A DNA stretch of 64,000 nucleotides from Chloroflexota bacterium (lineage in GTDB: Bacteria > Chloroflexota > Limnocylindria > Limnocylindrales > CSP1-4). The number at the start of each line of letters is the position of its first letter. Within the stretch, counting starts at the first letter, position 1. Location: assembly GCA_042408445.1 (NCBI GenBank), contig JBHORC010000011.1, positions 58,069-122,068 of the forward strand, given 5' to 3'. Shown here one piece after another: positions 44,848 through 54,436 of the stretch. The translations under genes and the position numbers were made by a program. The notes below the pieces were generated by a model that was not told the DNA's origin, searched no databases, and was given only the letters and a program-made list of their open reading frames with translations.

Positions 44848-46449
44848 CTACTCGGTCACGAAGGCGGGGGTGGGCACTCCGGTCGCGGGCTTGCATGACG
44901 ACGACGCGACGCCGGACGCATCGCCCGCGGCGACGAAGTCCGCAACGAGCGTCGGCACGCAGCCGAGGTGGCCGACGGTGTGGCCCTGATCCGGCACGAC
45001 GACCACGAGACTGTTCGGCAGATCGCGCGAGACGTCGGCCAGGTTCTCCGGCGGATCCTGCGGATCCGCACCGCCCACGATCCAGAGCACCGGCACGGTC
45101 GAGCGGACGGCGGTGGCGTCGTCGGCAGGGAGAGGGGCGTGAGGGACGTGCCGGCAGATCTCCTGCCAAGTCTCCGCACCCGAGATCTCGACGGACGCGA
45201 GGTAGCTTCCGGCGCTCGTCTCTGCGATGACCTTCGGATCGAAGCGCGCCCAGCCTTCGGAGCATCGGATCTCGGCGGACATCAAGAGGTTCTTCGACTC
45301 GCCCGCTCCCCCTGACGATGACGTCCTCGCCGCGACGCCGTCCCAGTCCCCGTTCGCAGCGAGGTGGACGCCGAGCGGCAGGCGGGCCGACGAGAAGCTG
45401 TCCAGCAGCGAGGTATGGATCGCGAGCCGGACGACCTCGTCCGTAACGTCGATCCTCGTTCCCGTTGCCGGGTCGGTCAGGATCGGGAACGGTGGCGTCG
45501 AGACGCGCTCCAGGACCGCGCGCAGTTCGGTTGCGACATCGGGGAACGCGGCACGACATGCACGATCAGCAGCGCAGCGGGCCAACAGGCGATCGAGCGC
45601 GCGTTGACTGTTCGCCGCGATCCGCTCGAGCAGGGGAACGTCCAGTGGCGTGCCACCGTCGAAGACGGCGACGCGGACGCGATCGCCGTGCTGGCGCAGG
45701 TAGTACTGGCCGAGCGTCGCCCCGTACGACGGCCCGTACAGGTCGATCCGCTCGTAGCCCAGGGCGGATCGAACGGCGTCGAGATCGTCCGCCGCGGCGA
45801 AGCTGGTGTACTGGCGCGGGTTGGCCTCGATCCTCAGGTTCGTCTTCGCCCATGTCGTCCAGGCCGTCTCGGCCGCCGCCGGGGAGAGCCTCGTGGTGTC
45901 GGGAAACTCGTCGAGCACGAGCTCGTTCGAACCACCCGTGCCCCGCTGGTCGACGAACACGATGTCGCGGGTGGCGTGCACGGCCTGGAACGTATCGGGC
46001 AGCCAGGCGAGGTCGGAGGTCGCCGCCCCACCTGGGCCGCCCGCGATCGCGAACAGGGCATCCGGCTCCGGAACGGGGGCGACCGCCGGGACGACGGCGA
46101 CGCGGAGGCTGATCGTCCGGCCACCCGCGGAGTGCGGATCCTCGGGAACGGACAGCGTCCCGCAGACCGCCGGAGTCGAGGTCCCGATGACACAGCTCTC
46201 CATCCGGACGCCGCCGAGGAATCGTGACGAGAGCGGGAGCGAGGACACCGGGCCTGGCGCCTGGGACGGTGTCGACCGGCCGGCGTCCGACGGCAACGTT
46301 CCGAGGCTGCAGCCACTGAGCGCCACGACACAGGCCAGGATCGTCAGGATGACCCCGAGGGACCGGTGGCGATCGCGTCGATCGGCTCGCCGATGGCTCT
46401 CCCGACCCGACGCCAAGAGACCGTTCCCACCAACGATTCGAGCAAGCAT
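44848..46449 (-). CDS. Secreted/lipoprotein alpha/beta hydrolase (TAP-like tripeptidyl peptidase); start uncertain
   Basis: LSGC lipobox, CGTLSVPED, AGGPG, DQRGTG, GPSYG nucleophile, DP..P, GH. Confidence 0.85.
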   Translation of the reverse strand: MLARIVGGNGLLASGRESHRRADRRDRHRSLGVILTILACVVALSGCSLGTLPSDAGRSTPSQAPGPVSSLPLSSRFLGGVRMESCVIGTSTPAVCGTLSVPEDPHSAGGRTISLRVAVVPAVAPVPEPDALFAIAGGPGGAATSDLAWLPDTFQAVHATRDIVFVDQRGTGGSNELVLDEFPDTTRLSPAAAETAWTTWAKTNLRIEANPRQYTSFAAADDLDAVRSALGYERIDLYGPSYGATLGQYYLRQHGDRVRVAVFDGGTPLDVPLLERIAANSQRALDRLLARCAADRACRAAFPDVATELRAVLERVSTPPFPILTDPATGTRIDVTDEVVRLAIHTSLLDSFSSARLPLGVHLAANGDWDGVAARTSSSGGAGESKNLLMSAEIRCSEGWARFDPKVIAETSAGSYLASVEISGAETWQEICRHVPHAPLPADDATAVRSTVPVLWIVGGADPQDPPENLADVSRDLPNSLVVVVPDQGHTVGHLGCVPTLVADFVAAGDASGVASSSCKPATGVPTPAFVTE

Positions 46450-46512
46450 GTCCAGGCGAGCATCCTCGCCGAGCGCGGCTCGCGTACAGAGCCGACCGGC
46501 CCGAAACGAGGG

Positions 46513-46956
46513 TCAGGCGTGGATCGCGTCGAGCGTGATCCGCGTCGCGTGGATCCGGACGATCACGCGATGCTCCAGCGCCCGCTGCGTCTCTGGATAG
46601 ACGAACCCGTAGTAGGCCGGATGGTCCGTGTATCGGCGGGTCAGCTCGTCCAGGTGAGCGATCGCGCCCTCGGCCGCGAGCTCGGCGATGCCACGGATCT
46701 GGACGAAGCGGCTCGTGTCGTCAGGGTCGACGACGAGCAGGCTCACCCTCGGATTCCGCCGGAGATTGCGGCCCTTCTGCCTCTCGAGGGTCGTGTTGAC
46801 GCGGGCAGAGTCCCCGTCGTGGTCGACCCAGACGAGGCTCGATTGCGGCTGGCCATCCGGACCGATCGTCGTCAGAACCCCGCAGATCGGGCGCTCGAGC
46901 AGGTCGAGGTGCGAAGCGGGCAGGTCGACGCGAGTGGGCACCAGCTGAGCGATCAT
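46513..46956 (-). CDS. PPOX-class F420-dependent oxidoreductase
   Basis: TTIGPDGQPQSSLVW, QKGRNLRRNPRVSL. Confidence 0.88.
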   Translation of the reverse strand: MIAQLVPTRVDLPASHLDLLERPICGVLTTIGPDGQPQSSLVWVDHDGDSARVNTTLERQKGRNLRRNPRVSLLVVDPDDTSRFVQIRGIAELAAEGAIAHLDELTRRYTDHPAYYGFVYPETQRALEHRVIVRIHATRITLDAIHA

Positions 46957-47423
46957 CGCGACGTCCGATCGCTTGCGTCGACGGCGACGACATGGGTCGG
47001 CTCGATCCGACAGAGCACCGGCACCTCGGCCTCGGCGAACCGCGCCGGGACGCAGTCGCCGAAATAGCGAATCGGCCGGCGGGCGTACTTCGAGGCCAGC
47101 GCATCGAGGTGGGCTCGCGCTCCCTCCTCGGTCATCTCGATGACGCGGCCGCGAATCTCGAGGAAGCGGAGCGGCCGCCGCGGGTCGAAGCACAGAAGTG
47201 TGACCCGCGGGTCACGGGCCATATTCCGCTCCTTTGCGAACCCGCGCATCGTGTTCACCCGGACGCAGTCGCCATCGAAGTCGCACCACACGACGGATGT
47301 CTGGGGATCACCGTGGCGGCCGAGCGTCGTCAGTGCGGCGACCGGCGGACACTCCGCGAGGTCGAGGTGCGAGGCCGGCACGATTCGGCATCCCGGATCC
47401 GTCAGCAGACCGATCGTCGCCAT
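46953..47423 (-). CDS. PPOX-class F420-dependent oxidoreductase (paralog)
   Basis: TTLGRHGDPQTSVVW, KERNMARDPRVTL. Confidence 0.86.
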   Translation of the reverse strand: MATIGLLTDPGCRIVPASHLDLAECPPVAALTTLGRHGDPQTSVVWCDFDGDCVRVNTMRGFAKERNMARDPRVTLLCFDPRRPLRFLEIRGRVIEMTEEGARAHLDALASKYARRPIRYFGDCVPARFAEAEVPVLCRIEPTHVVAVDASDRTSR

Positions 47424-47427
47424 CACG

Positions 47428-48327
47428 TCAGGTGGCGCTCGCCGCCAGGACGCGCAGCGACCCCGACCGGAATTCGGTCGCCTCGGGCGCGTCGGTGGCC
47501 AGGAACGCTCGGATTGCGGCGAGCGTTTCGACAGGCCGCTCGATCTGCGGGTTGTGTCCCGCTCGCTCGATGATCCGGAGGCGGGCGTCCGGGATCCCGG
47601 CCGCGAGCACCGCCTGGCTTTCGGGCGGGAAGAGGAAGTCGTCGCGCCCGGCGAGGACGAGTGTCGGCGCGTGGATCTCCACGAGCCGATCGATGACCGA
47701 CCAGCCGGCGGCGGTGTGCCGGCCGCCGAAGATGAGGGCATCCGGGTTCATCCTGAGGTGCCGTCCGCCGGCCAGGAACCCGCGGGCCAGGCGGACCAGG
47801 CTGAAGTGGTGGTCGTATGCCGGCAGGAGCCGCAATGCGGTCCGGGTGAACCGGTCGGCGCTGATCCGCCCGCTGTAGAACCGTCGAGCGAGGGCTGCCG
47901 TGGCGGCGGAGGCGCCGCGCCCGCGGAGGACGCTCGCCGCATGCTCCTGCGACCAGCGTGCGTCCGCCGCGGTGTCCAGGAGCACGAGGCGCGACACCCG
48001 CTCGGGAAATGCGAGGACATATTCGAGGGCGACGTGGCCCCCGAACGAGTGCCCGAGGACGGACCACCGGTCGAATCCCAGCCGATCCCGGAGCGCATCG
48101 GCGTCCGCGGTCAGGTTCGAGAACGTCATCGACTCCACCGGCGGCCCGATCGACCGGCCGTTGCAGCGGTGGTCGTAGAACACGAGCGTGTGCTCGTCGG
48201 CAAGGGGACGGAGCGACGCGAGCGTCGTGTGGTCGAGCCCCGGGCCGCCGTGCATGAGGACGAGCGGCGGGCCGTGGCCGACGACGTCGACGAACAGGTC
48301 GACACCGCGGACGTTCACCGTCGTCAT
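47428..48327 (-). CDS. Alpha/beta hydrolase (proline iminopeptidase-like)
   Basis: HGGPG, YDHRCNG, GHSFGG, GRDD, AGHNP. Confidence 0.9.
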   Translation of the reverse strand: MTTVNVRGVDLFVDVVGHGPPLVLMHGGPGLDHTTLASLRPLADEHTLVFYDHRCNGRSIGPPVESMTFSNLTADADALRDRLGFDRWSVLGHSFGGHVALEYVLAFPERVSRLVLLDTAADARWSQEHAASVLRGRGASAATAALARRFYSGRISADRFTRTALRLLPAYDHHFSLVRLARGFLAGGRHLRMNPDALIFGGRHTAAGWSVIDRLVEIHAPTLVLAGRDDFLFPPESQAVLAAGIPDARLRIIERAGHNPQIERPVETLAAIRAFLATDAPEATEFRSGSLRVLAASAT

Positions 48328-48355
48328 CGGGCTGCCACCGGTGGCATTCGAAGCG

Positions 48356-48916
48356 TCAGATTGGGGTGGCGGCCGATTGCGGCGCGAGCTCGTGCGCGAT
48401 CTCGCAGGCCCATGCCTCGATCGCGGGCCAGTCGCGGAAGTCGCCGCTCGGCATCGCCTCGCGGACGCTCTTCATCCGCAGGAACGGCGCGCCTAGTCGC
48501 TCCCACACGCCGATCGGTTCGGCCTCCGCGTCGAACGCGCCGAAGAAGACCCGCTGGTCGCGAGGTCGAATGGACGCTGCGAGCTCACCGAATTCGACAG
48601 GTCGGCTCGCGTCGAGGACATCTCGTCCGTGCTTGTCGACCGTTTCCTCACCGATCGGCCCACTGCTGAACAGCCAGACGGGGTGCTGCTCGAGGGCCGG
48701 CCGATGGCGCTCGACGAACTGGCGCGCCTCCTTCAGCCAGTGACCCATGTACGCGGCGCTTCCGACGACGAAGGCGTCGTAGCCGGCGACGGTTTCGACC
48801 TCGCCGATCGGCATGACGTCGACGGCCGATCCGGCCGACCCGAGCACCTTCGCCAGGTGCTTCGCGATGCCGGCCGTCGCTCCGTGGCGAGTCGCGTACG
48901 CGACGAGCACCTTCAT
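48356..48916 (-). CDS. Flavodoxin-domain protein (HemG/Flavodoxin_5-like)
   Basis: VAYATRHGAT, GSAAY, WLFSSGP, DFRDW; GGAGGAGG RBS. Confidence 0.88.
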   Translation of the reverse strand: MKVLVAYATRHGATAGIAKHLAKVLGSAGSAVDVMPIGEVETVAGYDAFVVGSAAYMGHWLKEARQFVERHRPALEQHPVWLFSSGPIGEETVDKHGRDVLDASRPVEFGELAASIRPRDQRVFFGAFDAEAEPIGVWERLGAPFLRMKSVREAMPSGDFRDWPAIEAWACEIAHELAPQSAATPI

Positions 48917-49060
48917 GACTGCCTCCTCCGATGCCGCCGGGCGGTCCGGCTGCTCCACGCAGGTATCCCGCAACGCGGCCGGCGACGCGAGTGCCGAAGC
49001 GCCCGTTTCCGAAGATCGTTCCGACGTGTGGCGACGCCGGCGATCCTGGTGGTCGGCTGC

Positions 49061-49125
49061 GGTTCGGACGGCCCGAGGGTTTGGTCGGTTCGGCACGGGC
49101 GCAGCGCGACGTTCCTCGCGACGAT
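49061..49125 (+). promoter_or_regulatory. Tandem DosR-like boxes and -10 element upstream of the Ddn-like gene
   Basis: GGTTC-GGAC-GGCCC 49061-49074, GGTCG-GTTC-GGCAC 49083-49096, GACGAT 49120-49125. Confidence 0.5.
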
Positions 49126-49149
49126 GGAGGTGGTTTGGAGGAAACGTTG

Positions 49150-49632
49150 ATGTCAGTTCCTGCTCGGCTGTTCGCGATCGTCCTGGCCGTCGGAGCGGCG
49201 TTGGCCGGCGGCGTCACGTTCTGGCGACGCAACCCGAGGACCGGCACGCACTTCGTGAATGCGGTCGTGAACCCGTTCATCCTCCGGGAGGGCCTGGCCG
49301 GCGGGAGCGCGTCCGAGCTTGGGATGCTCGAGCATGTCGGCCGGCGCTCCGGCCTGCTTCGGCGGACTCCGGTGCACCCCGAGCCGACGCCGAACGGCTT
49401 TCGCATCCTCGTGCCCCTGGGTGGGCAATCGGAATGGGCCAGGAACGTCCTCGCGGCTGGTCGCTGTCGCCTGGTGATTCACGAGCACGCGTACGAGCTC
49501 GACGCGCCGGCGATGGTCGAGCCCCGGGAGGTTGCGGGTCTACCGACCATCGCCCGGCGCGTGATGGCGGCGCTGGGGTTCCAGTACCTCGAGCTCCGGC
49601 TGGTCGGTCCTGCGGCCTCGCCCGGAGCCTGA
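49150..49632 (+). CDS. Deazaflavin-dependent nitroreductase family protein with N-terminal TM anchor
   Basis: LEHVGRRSG..RRTPV, SEWARNVLAAG; GGAGG RBS. Confidence 0.82.
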   Translation: MSVPARLFAIVLAVGAALAGGVTFWRRNPRTGTHFVNAVVNPFILREGLAGGSASELGMLEHVGRRSGLLRRTPVHPEPTPNGFRILVPLGGQSEWARNVLAAGRCRLVIHEHAYELDAPAMVEPREVAGLPTIARRVMAALGFQYLELRLVGPAASPGA

Positions 49633-49838
49633 TGGACGATCGGATGGGCAACAGGCAGCAGGCCAGGGACCGCGGCTTCGGAATCGCAATCGGACCGGGC
49701 ATCGGAGGCGGCCTCGGCCTCGTCGCCGCGCTGCTGCTCGGGCTGGAGGTGCCGCTCGGGCTCGTCGCGGGCGCCGCGATCGGTGTCCTCGTCGGCGTTC
49801 TCGTCGACGGGACGACCTCCAGCCGACGCCGCCGATGA
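49632..49838 (+). CDS. Small Gly-rich two-TM protein
   Basis: GIAIGPGIGGGLG..GLVAGAAIGVLVG; TGATG coupling. Confidence 0.6.
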   Translation: MDDRMGNRQQARDRGFGIAIGPGIGGGLGLVAALLLGLEVPLGLVAGAAIGVLVGVLVDGTTSSRRRR

Positions 49839-49881
49839 GGACGTTGGGGCCGGCGTCGCCGGCCGAGAGTGAACGCGCGAC

Positions 49882-50358
49882 CTAGCCGAGCAGCTCCGCC
49901 ACCCAGTCGCGGAGCCGCGGCAGGTGCTCGTCGAGGTGGTCCGCGCCCGATTTCCGGACCCAGCGGTCCGCAGCCTCGGTCTGCACGGCGAGGCGCGACC
50001 AGACAGACAGCATCTGCGCCCGGGCCGCGAGGCACTGGTTCCAGCACGTGAACCAGGACTGCTCGCGGAGCGCGGCGAGGAACTCGGCGTTCATCGCATC
50101 GATGTCGAGCGGTTCCTCGACATAGGTCCCGGCTTCGATCCGGAGGAGCTGGATCTCCGCCTCGGCCATCCACGACCCGAGATGCGAGACGAGGTCCTTC
50201 ACGCTCCACTGGTCGTCCCGGAAGTAGCCGGGCCGCTCTCGCTGCTCCGCTGACAGCCGATCGATCAGCTCGTGGAGCTCGTCGAATCGCTTGTGCTCCT
50301 CGTCGATCGCGGCCTCGTACGGATGGTCGGTCGCGGCCGGGGAGGAGGCGTCCTGCAT
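49882..50358 (-). CDS. DinB/ClbS-DfsB-like four-helix bundle protein
   Basis: WSVKDLVSHLGSW, DHLDEH metal motif. Confidence 0.85.
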   Translation of the reverse strand: MQDASSPAATDHPYEAAIDEEHKRFDELHELIDRLSAEQRERPGYFRDDQWSVKDLVSHLGSWMAEAEIQLLRIEAGTYVEEPLDIDAMNAEFLAALREQSWFTCWNQCLAARAQMLSVWSRLAVQTEAADRWVRKSGADHLDEHLPRLRDWVAELLG

Positions 50359-50488
50359 CCGATCATGGTGGCGCCTCCCACGGTTTCGTGCCGGGCGACC
50401 CCGTCGATTCCTTCGCCGATCCGTGACGTGGGCACACCGGCGGGACGTAGGCTGGCGCGATGAACCAGACGAACGTCGAGACGCCGCG

Positions 50489-51406
50489 ATGACCCGACCG
50501 ATCCGCGTCGGGGTCCAGCTGCCCGAGGTCGAACGCGAGGTCCGCTGGCGGGAGCTCCTCGACATGGCGCGCGCGGTCGACGACCTCGGCTTCGACGGCC
50601 TGTGGGTCGGCGAGCACCTGCTCTACCGCTGGGAGGACCGACCCGCCCGCGGGCCGTGGGAGGCCTGGACGCTGATGGCCGCACTCGCATCCGTGACGAG
50701 CCGCGTCACGATCGGGCCGCTCGTCGCGTGCACCGGCTTCCACAATCCGGCGCTGCTCGCCAAGCAGGCCGCGACCGTCGACGAGATCGCCGGCGGCCGC
50801 TTCATCCTCGGACTGGGAGCGGGCTGGAACGACACGGAGTTCCGGGCGTTCGGCTTCCCGTTCGACCAGCGCGTCGCGCGGTTCGAGGAGGCGTTCACGA
50901 TCATCCGGACGCTCCTGCAGGACGGCCAGGTCGACTTCGAGGGGCGCTTCTACCAGGCGCGCGACTGCGAGCTCCTGCCTCGGCCAAGGCCCGGCGGACC
51001 GCCGCTCCTGATCGGGTCGAACGGGCCGCGGATGCTCCGCATCACGCTGCCCCACGTGGACGCGTGGAACGCGTGGTTCGCGGACACCGAGAATCGACCG
51101 GACGGCGTCGCGCCACTCGCGACGATCGTCGATGACGCAGCCGAAGCGGTCGGTCGCGACCCGGGCGAGATCCGCCGGACGGTCGCGGTCCTCGTCCAGC
51201 TGCCGGGCGGTCGCGGCCGGACGATGGGCGACACCTCGGTCGCGAGCCGGATCCAACCGCTCCAGGGTTCGCCGGAGCACATGGCGGACGAGCTCCGGGC
51301 CTACGCCGCAGCCGGCATCGACGAGATCCAGGCCGTCCTCGACCCGATCGACCGCGCGTCCATCGAGCGGTTCGCCGCGGTGCTGCCGATCCTCGACCAG
51401 GGCTGA
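50489..51406 (+). CDS. LLM-class flavin/F420-dependent oxidoreductase
   Basis: WVGEH, GPLVAC..FHNP.LLAKQAATVD, GLGAGW, GPRML. Confidence 0.9.
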   Translation: MTRPIRVGVQLPEVEREVRWRELLDMARAVDDLGFDGLWVGEHLLYRWEDRPARGPWEAWTLMAALASVTSRVTIGPLVACTGFHNPALLAKQAATVDEIAGGRFILGLGAGWNDTEFRAFGFPFDQRVARFEEAFTIIRTLLQDGQVDFEGRFYQARDCELLPRPRPGGPPLLIGSNGPRMLRITLPHVDAWNAWFADTENRPDGVAPLATIVDDAAEAVGRDPGEIRRTVAVLVQLPGGRGRTMGDTSVASRIQPLQGSPEHMADELRAYAAAGIDEIQAVLDPIDRASIERFAAVLPILDQG

Positions 51407-51487
51407 TCGTCAACCCGCCGACATCCGGCCCCCCGAGCCTTGCCGCGGGTTCGCCCGACGCCTAGGCTCTGCGGCGGAGGAAGCAGG

Positions 51488-54436
51488 GTGCGCGTGCCTG
51501 GGTCCCGGTCGCTCGTTCACCGCAGCCTCATCGCGGCGGTTGTCGTGTGCCTTGCGCTCGGTGCCGCTCCCGGTCCCGTTCGCGCCGCCGCCAGTCTGCC
51601 GACGCTCCTCCCGACGGCGGACGGCAGCCGTGACGCGGCGGTCCAGGTCCGCGGAACGACTCTCGCATTCGACGCGATCGACGAGGGATTGGCCGCGCCG
51701 GACACGACCACCTACCTCCAGAACCAGACGGCCGTCTCCGGCCGAGCCTTCTTCCTGCTGACCGACATGCCGGCCGACTTCACGTCGATGGCCTCGGTCG
51801 CGGTCTCGATCCGGGCGCGGACGGTCGGCGTGAGCGATGACCAGACGTCGCTGTTCGCCCAGCTGGTCGGCGCGGACGAGACGACACCGCTCTCGGGCGA
51901 GGTGCTCGTGGCCACGAACCCCGGCACCGGCGGCTGGGTGACGGTCGCCGGCGTCGCGTTCCCGAGCGTCACCGCCGGGACGAAGGCGACCTGGGATGGA
52001 GCTCGGCTTCGGCTCCGCTGGGCGTACGCGCAGGTCGGGTCGGCGGATTCGACCCAGCTGCGGCTCACCGTTGCCGAGCTGCACGGGACATTCGACACGG
52101 GCGGCGGGCCGCCGCCCGACCTGACGCCGCCGCTGCTCACGAGCGCCGCGGTCAACGGGGCGAGCCTGACCCTCGGCTATGACGAGCCCCTCGACACGGG
52201 CTCCGTGCCCGCCGTGACTGCGTACGGCGTCCTCGTCGATTCGACCCCTCGCGCGGTGAGTGCTGTCGCGATCAGCGGCTCGACGGTGACCCTGTCGCTC
52301 GCCTCGGCGATCGTCGCCGGGCAGACCGTCACCGCGTCCTACGCCGTCCCCGGGACGAACCCCGTCCAGGACGCTGCCGGCAATGACGCCGCCGCGTTCA
52401 GCGCCCGGGCGGTGACCAACGCGACATCCGGCGGCGGTGGCGGCGGGGGCGGCGGTGGGACCGCAACCCTCCCCACGCTGCTCCCGAACGGGGACGGCAC
52501 GCGGACGACGACGATCCAGGTTCGCGGCGCGACGCTCGCATTCGATGCCATCAACGAGGGCCTCGCCGCGGCCGACACGTCGACCTACCTCCAGAACGCC
52601 CAGCGGACGAACGGCAGCGTCTTCGTCCAGCTCGGCGACACGCCGCCGGACTTCACGTCGATGAGCACGCTGGCGATCTCGGTCCGGGCGCGGACGACCG
52701 GCTCCGTGAACGACCAGACGCGACTGTTCGCCCAGCTGTTCGACGCCAACGAGACGACCCCGATGTCGGCCGAGCTGCTCGTCGCAACGAACCCCGGGAC
52801 GTCGAGCTGGTCGACCGTCTTGAACGTCGCGTTCTCCGGACTTGCACCGGGCTCGAAGGCGGCGTGGGATGGTGCCCGACTGCGACTGCGCTGGGCGTAT
52901 ACGCAGGTGGGAACCGCCGATTCGACCCAGCTGCGCGTCTCGGTCGCCGAGCTCCATGGCACCTATGCCACGACACCACCACCGCCCGATCTGCAGGCAC
53001 CGCTCCTCGCGAGCGCCTCGATCAACGGCGCGACGTTGACTCTCGGCTACAACGAGCCGCTCGATCCGGCGTCGACGCCGGCGCCGGGCGACTACGCGAT
53101 CGCCGTCGGCGCGGATCCGCGATCCGTCACCTCCGTCTCGATCGCCGGTTCCCACGTCTCGCTCACGCTCGTGTCGCCGGTCGTGGCCGGCGACTCCGTC
53201 ACGGCCTCGTACGTCGTCCCCTCCACGAGTCCCGTCCAGGACGTGGCCGGAAACGATGCGGCTGCCTTCAGCGGCCAGTCCGTGTCCAACGTCACGCCCC
53301 CGCCGGGCGGCGCCGTGAACGCATCCGGCAACGAGATCACGGACGCGGTCCGCGCCGGAGGCGTCCAGGGCGACGGCCGCCCGCCCGACTCGAGCTACGG
53401 CATCTGGGAGGCGGCGACGAATCTCGATCCGAACGGCGGATTCGAGAACGGCAGCGCCGCCGGCTGGACGGCGACCGGCGGCTCCGTCGCCGGATCGAAC
53501 GAGCAGGCGCGGTTCGGAGCATTCAGCGCCAAGTCGGTCGCGTCGTCCGCCGGAGCGGCGATCGCGAAGACCGTGTCCGGACTCGCCGGGGCGACGACCT
53601 ATAGCCGATCGCTCTGGATCTACCGAACCGAAACCGCATCGACGGTCACCGTCAGCGCCCTGAACAACGCCGGCACCGGGACCCTCGCGAGCACGACGGT
53701 GCCCGCCGTCCTCGGCTGGAGCCGGGCGGCGATCCGGGCGAAGACGGAAACCGGCCAGACGAGCCTGACGACGCGCGTCTCGACGAGCCTCGGCGGCGTG
53801 ACGTGGTACCTCGACGGCGCGCAGCTCGAGCGGAATGTCATCGCGACGCCCTATGTCGAGACGAGCGGCGCGGCGGCGACCCGCGGCCCGTCGAAGGTCA
53901 GCATCGCGGGCACGCCCGTCGGGCCGACCCAGGGCTGGGTCGCGGTGCGGATCCGCTTCGGCTGGGATTCGACGGCGCCGTTCTCGCCGGATCCCGGGAT
54001 CGTCGACATGAGCGTCTCGAACGACGACGCGCTGTTCTGCTACTGGGACGTCGCAACCCACACGTTCCACCTGGAGCGGCACCTCGGCGGCGCGGGGACG
54101 ACCGCGGCCTCCGCGGCGCAGACGTTCTCCGCTGGCACGGTCCGGACCGTGATCTACGCCTGGACCGCGACGGAGCTCCGGATCAGCGTGGACGGCGGAG
54201 CGTTCGTCTCGACCGCGAACACGACGATCCCCGGACAGGCGACGCTGTACATCGGCTCCGATCAGGTCCAGGGCACGGGCACGAACCGGCAGGGCGACTC
54301 GGACTACCTGTGGGTCGCGGGCGGCAGCGGCACGCTCTCCGACGCGGACGCGGCGACGATGCACGGGTTCGGCAACACCGACCACCCACAGGTGGACTTC
54401 CCGGGCGCTGCCACCTTCGTCTGGGCGGCGAACTAG
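51488..54436 (+). CDS. Large secreted repeat protein: 2x (unknown beta-rich domain + SwmB-like domain), then CBM-like/LamG-like C-terminus
   Basis: Signal peptide ending PVRA; 291-aa duplicated unit; SAAVNGASLTLGYDEPLD SwmB-like; NGGFE and ATPYVET motifs. Confidence 0.85.
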   Translation: MRVPGSRSLVHRSLIAAVVVCLALGAAPGPVRAAASLPTLLPTADGSRDAAVQVRGTTLAFDAIDEGLAAPDTTTYLQNQTAVSGRAFFLLTDMPADFTSMASVAVSIRARTVGVSDDQTSLFAQLVGADETTPLSGEVLVATNPGTGGWVTVAGVAFPSVTAGTKATWDGARLRLRWAYAQVGSADSTQLRLTVAELHGTFDTGGGPPPDLTPPLLTSAAVNGASLTLGYDEPLDTGSVPAVTAYGVLVDSTPRAVSAVAISGSTVTLSLASAIVAGQTVTASYAVPGTNPVQDAAGNDAAAFSARAVTNATSGGGGGGGGGGTATLPTLLPNGDGTRTTTIQVRGATLAFDAINEGLAAADTSTYLQNAQRTNGSVFVQLGDTPPDFTSMSTLAISVRARTTGSVNDQTRLFAQLFDANETTPMSAELLVATNPGTSSWSTVLNVAFSGLAPGSKAAWDGARLRLRWAYTQVGTADSTQLRVSVAELHGTYATTPPPPDLQAPLLASASINGATLTLGYNEPLDPASTPAPGDYAIAVGADPRSVTSVSIAGSHVSLTLVSPVVAGDSVTASYVVPSTSPVQDVAGNDAAAFSGQSVSNVTPPPGGAVNASGNEITDAVRAGGVQGDGRPPDSSYGIWEAATNLDPNGGFENGSAAGWTATGGSVAGSNEQARFGAFSAKSVASSAGAAIAKTVSGLAGATTYSRSLWIYRTETASTVTVSALNNAGTGTLASTTVPAVLGWSRAAIRAKTETGQTSLTTRVSTSLGGVTWYLDGAQLERNVIATPYVETSGAAATRGPSKVSIAGTPVGPTQGWVAVRIRFGWDSTAPFSPDPGIVDMSVSNDDALFCYWDVATHTFHLERHLGGAGTTAASAAQTFSAGTVRTVIYAWTATELRISVDGGAFVSTANTTIPGQATLYIGSDQVQGTGTNRQGDSDYLWVAGGSGTLSDADAATMHGFGNTDHPQVDFPGAATFVWAAN
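51596..53295 (+). repeat. Internal tandem duplication, about 873-bp period
   Basis: LPTLLP starts at 51596 and 52469; the units align throughout and are joined by a poly-Gly linker. Confidence 0.9.

Noticed and set aside
48356-48916. Call as hemG
   Set aside because: The Flavodoxin_5-like fold is shared by many non-HemG proteins and there is no heme-biosynthesis context.
35710-51406. tRNA-Pro-anchored integrative element
   Set aside because: No integrase or transposase and no duplicated tRNA 3' end found by eye, although the flanking gene content looks accessory.
51596-53295. CRISPR array or mobile-element repeat
   Set aside because: In-frame diverged protein-domain duplication; no short repeat-spacer array or cas gene anywhere in the window.
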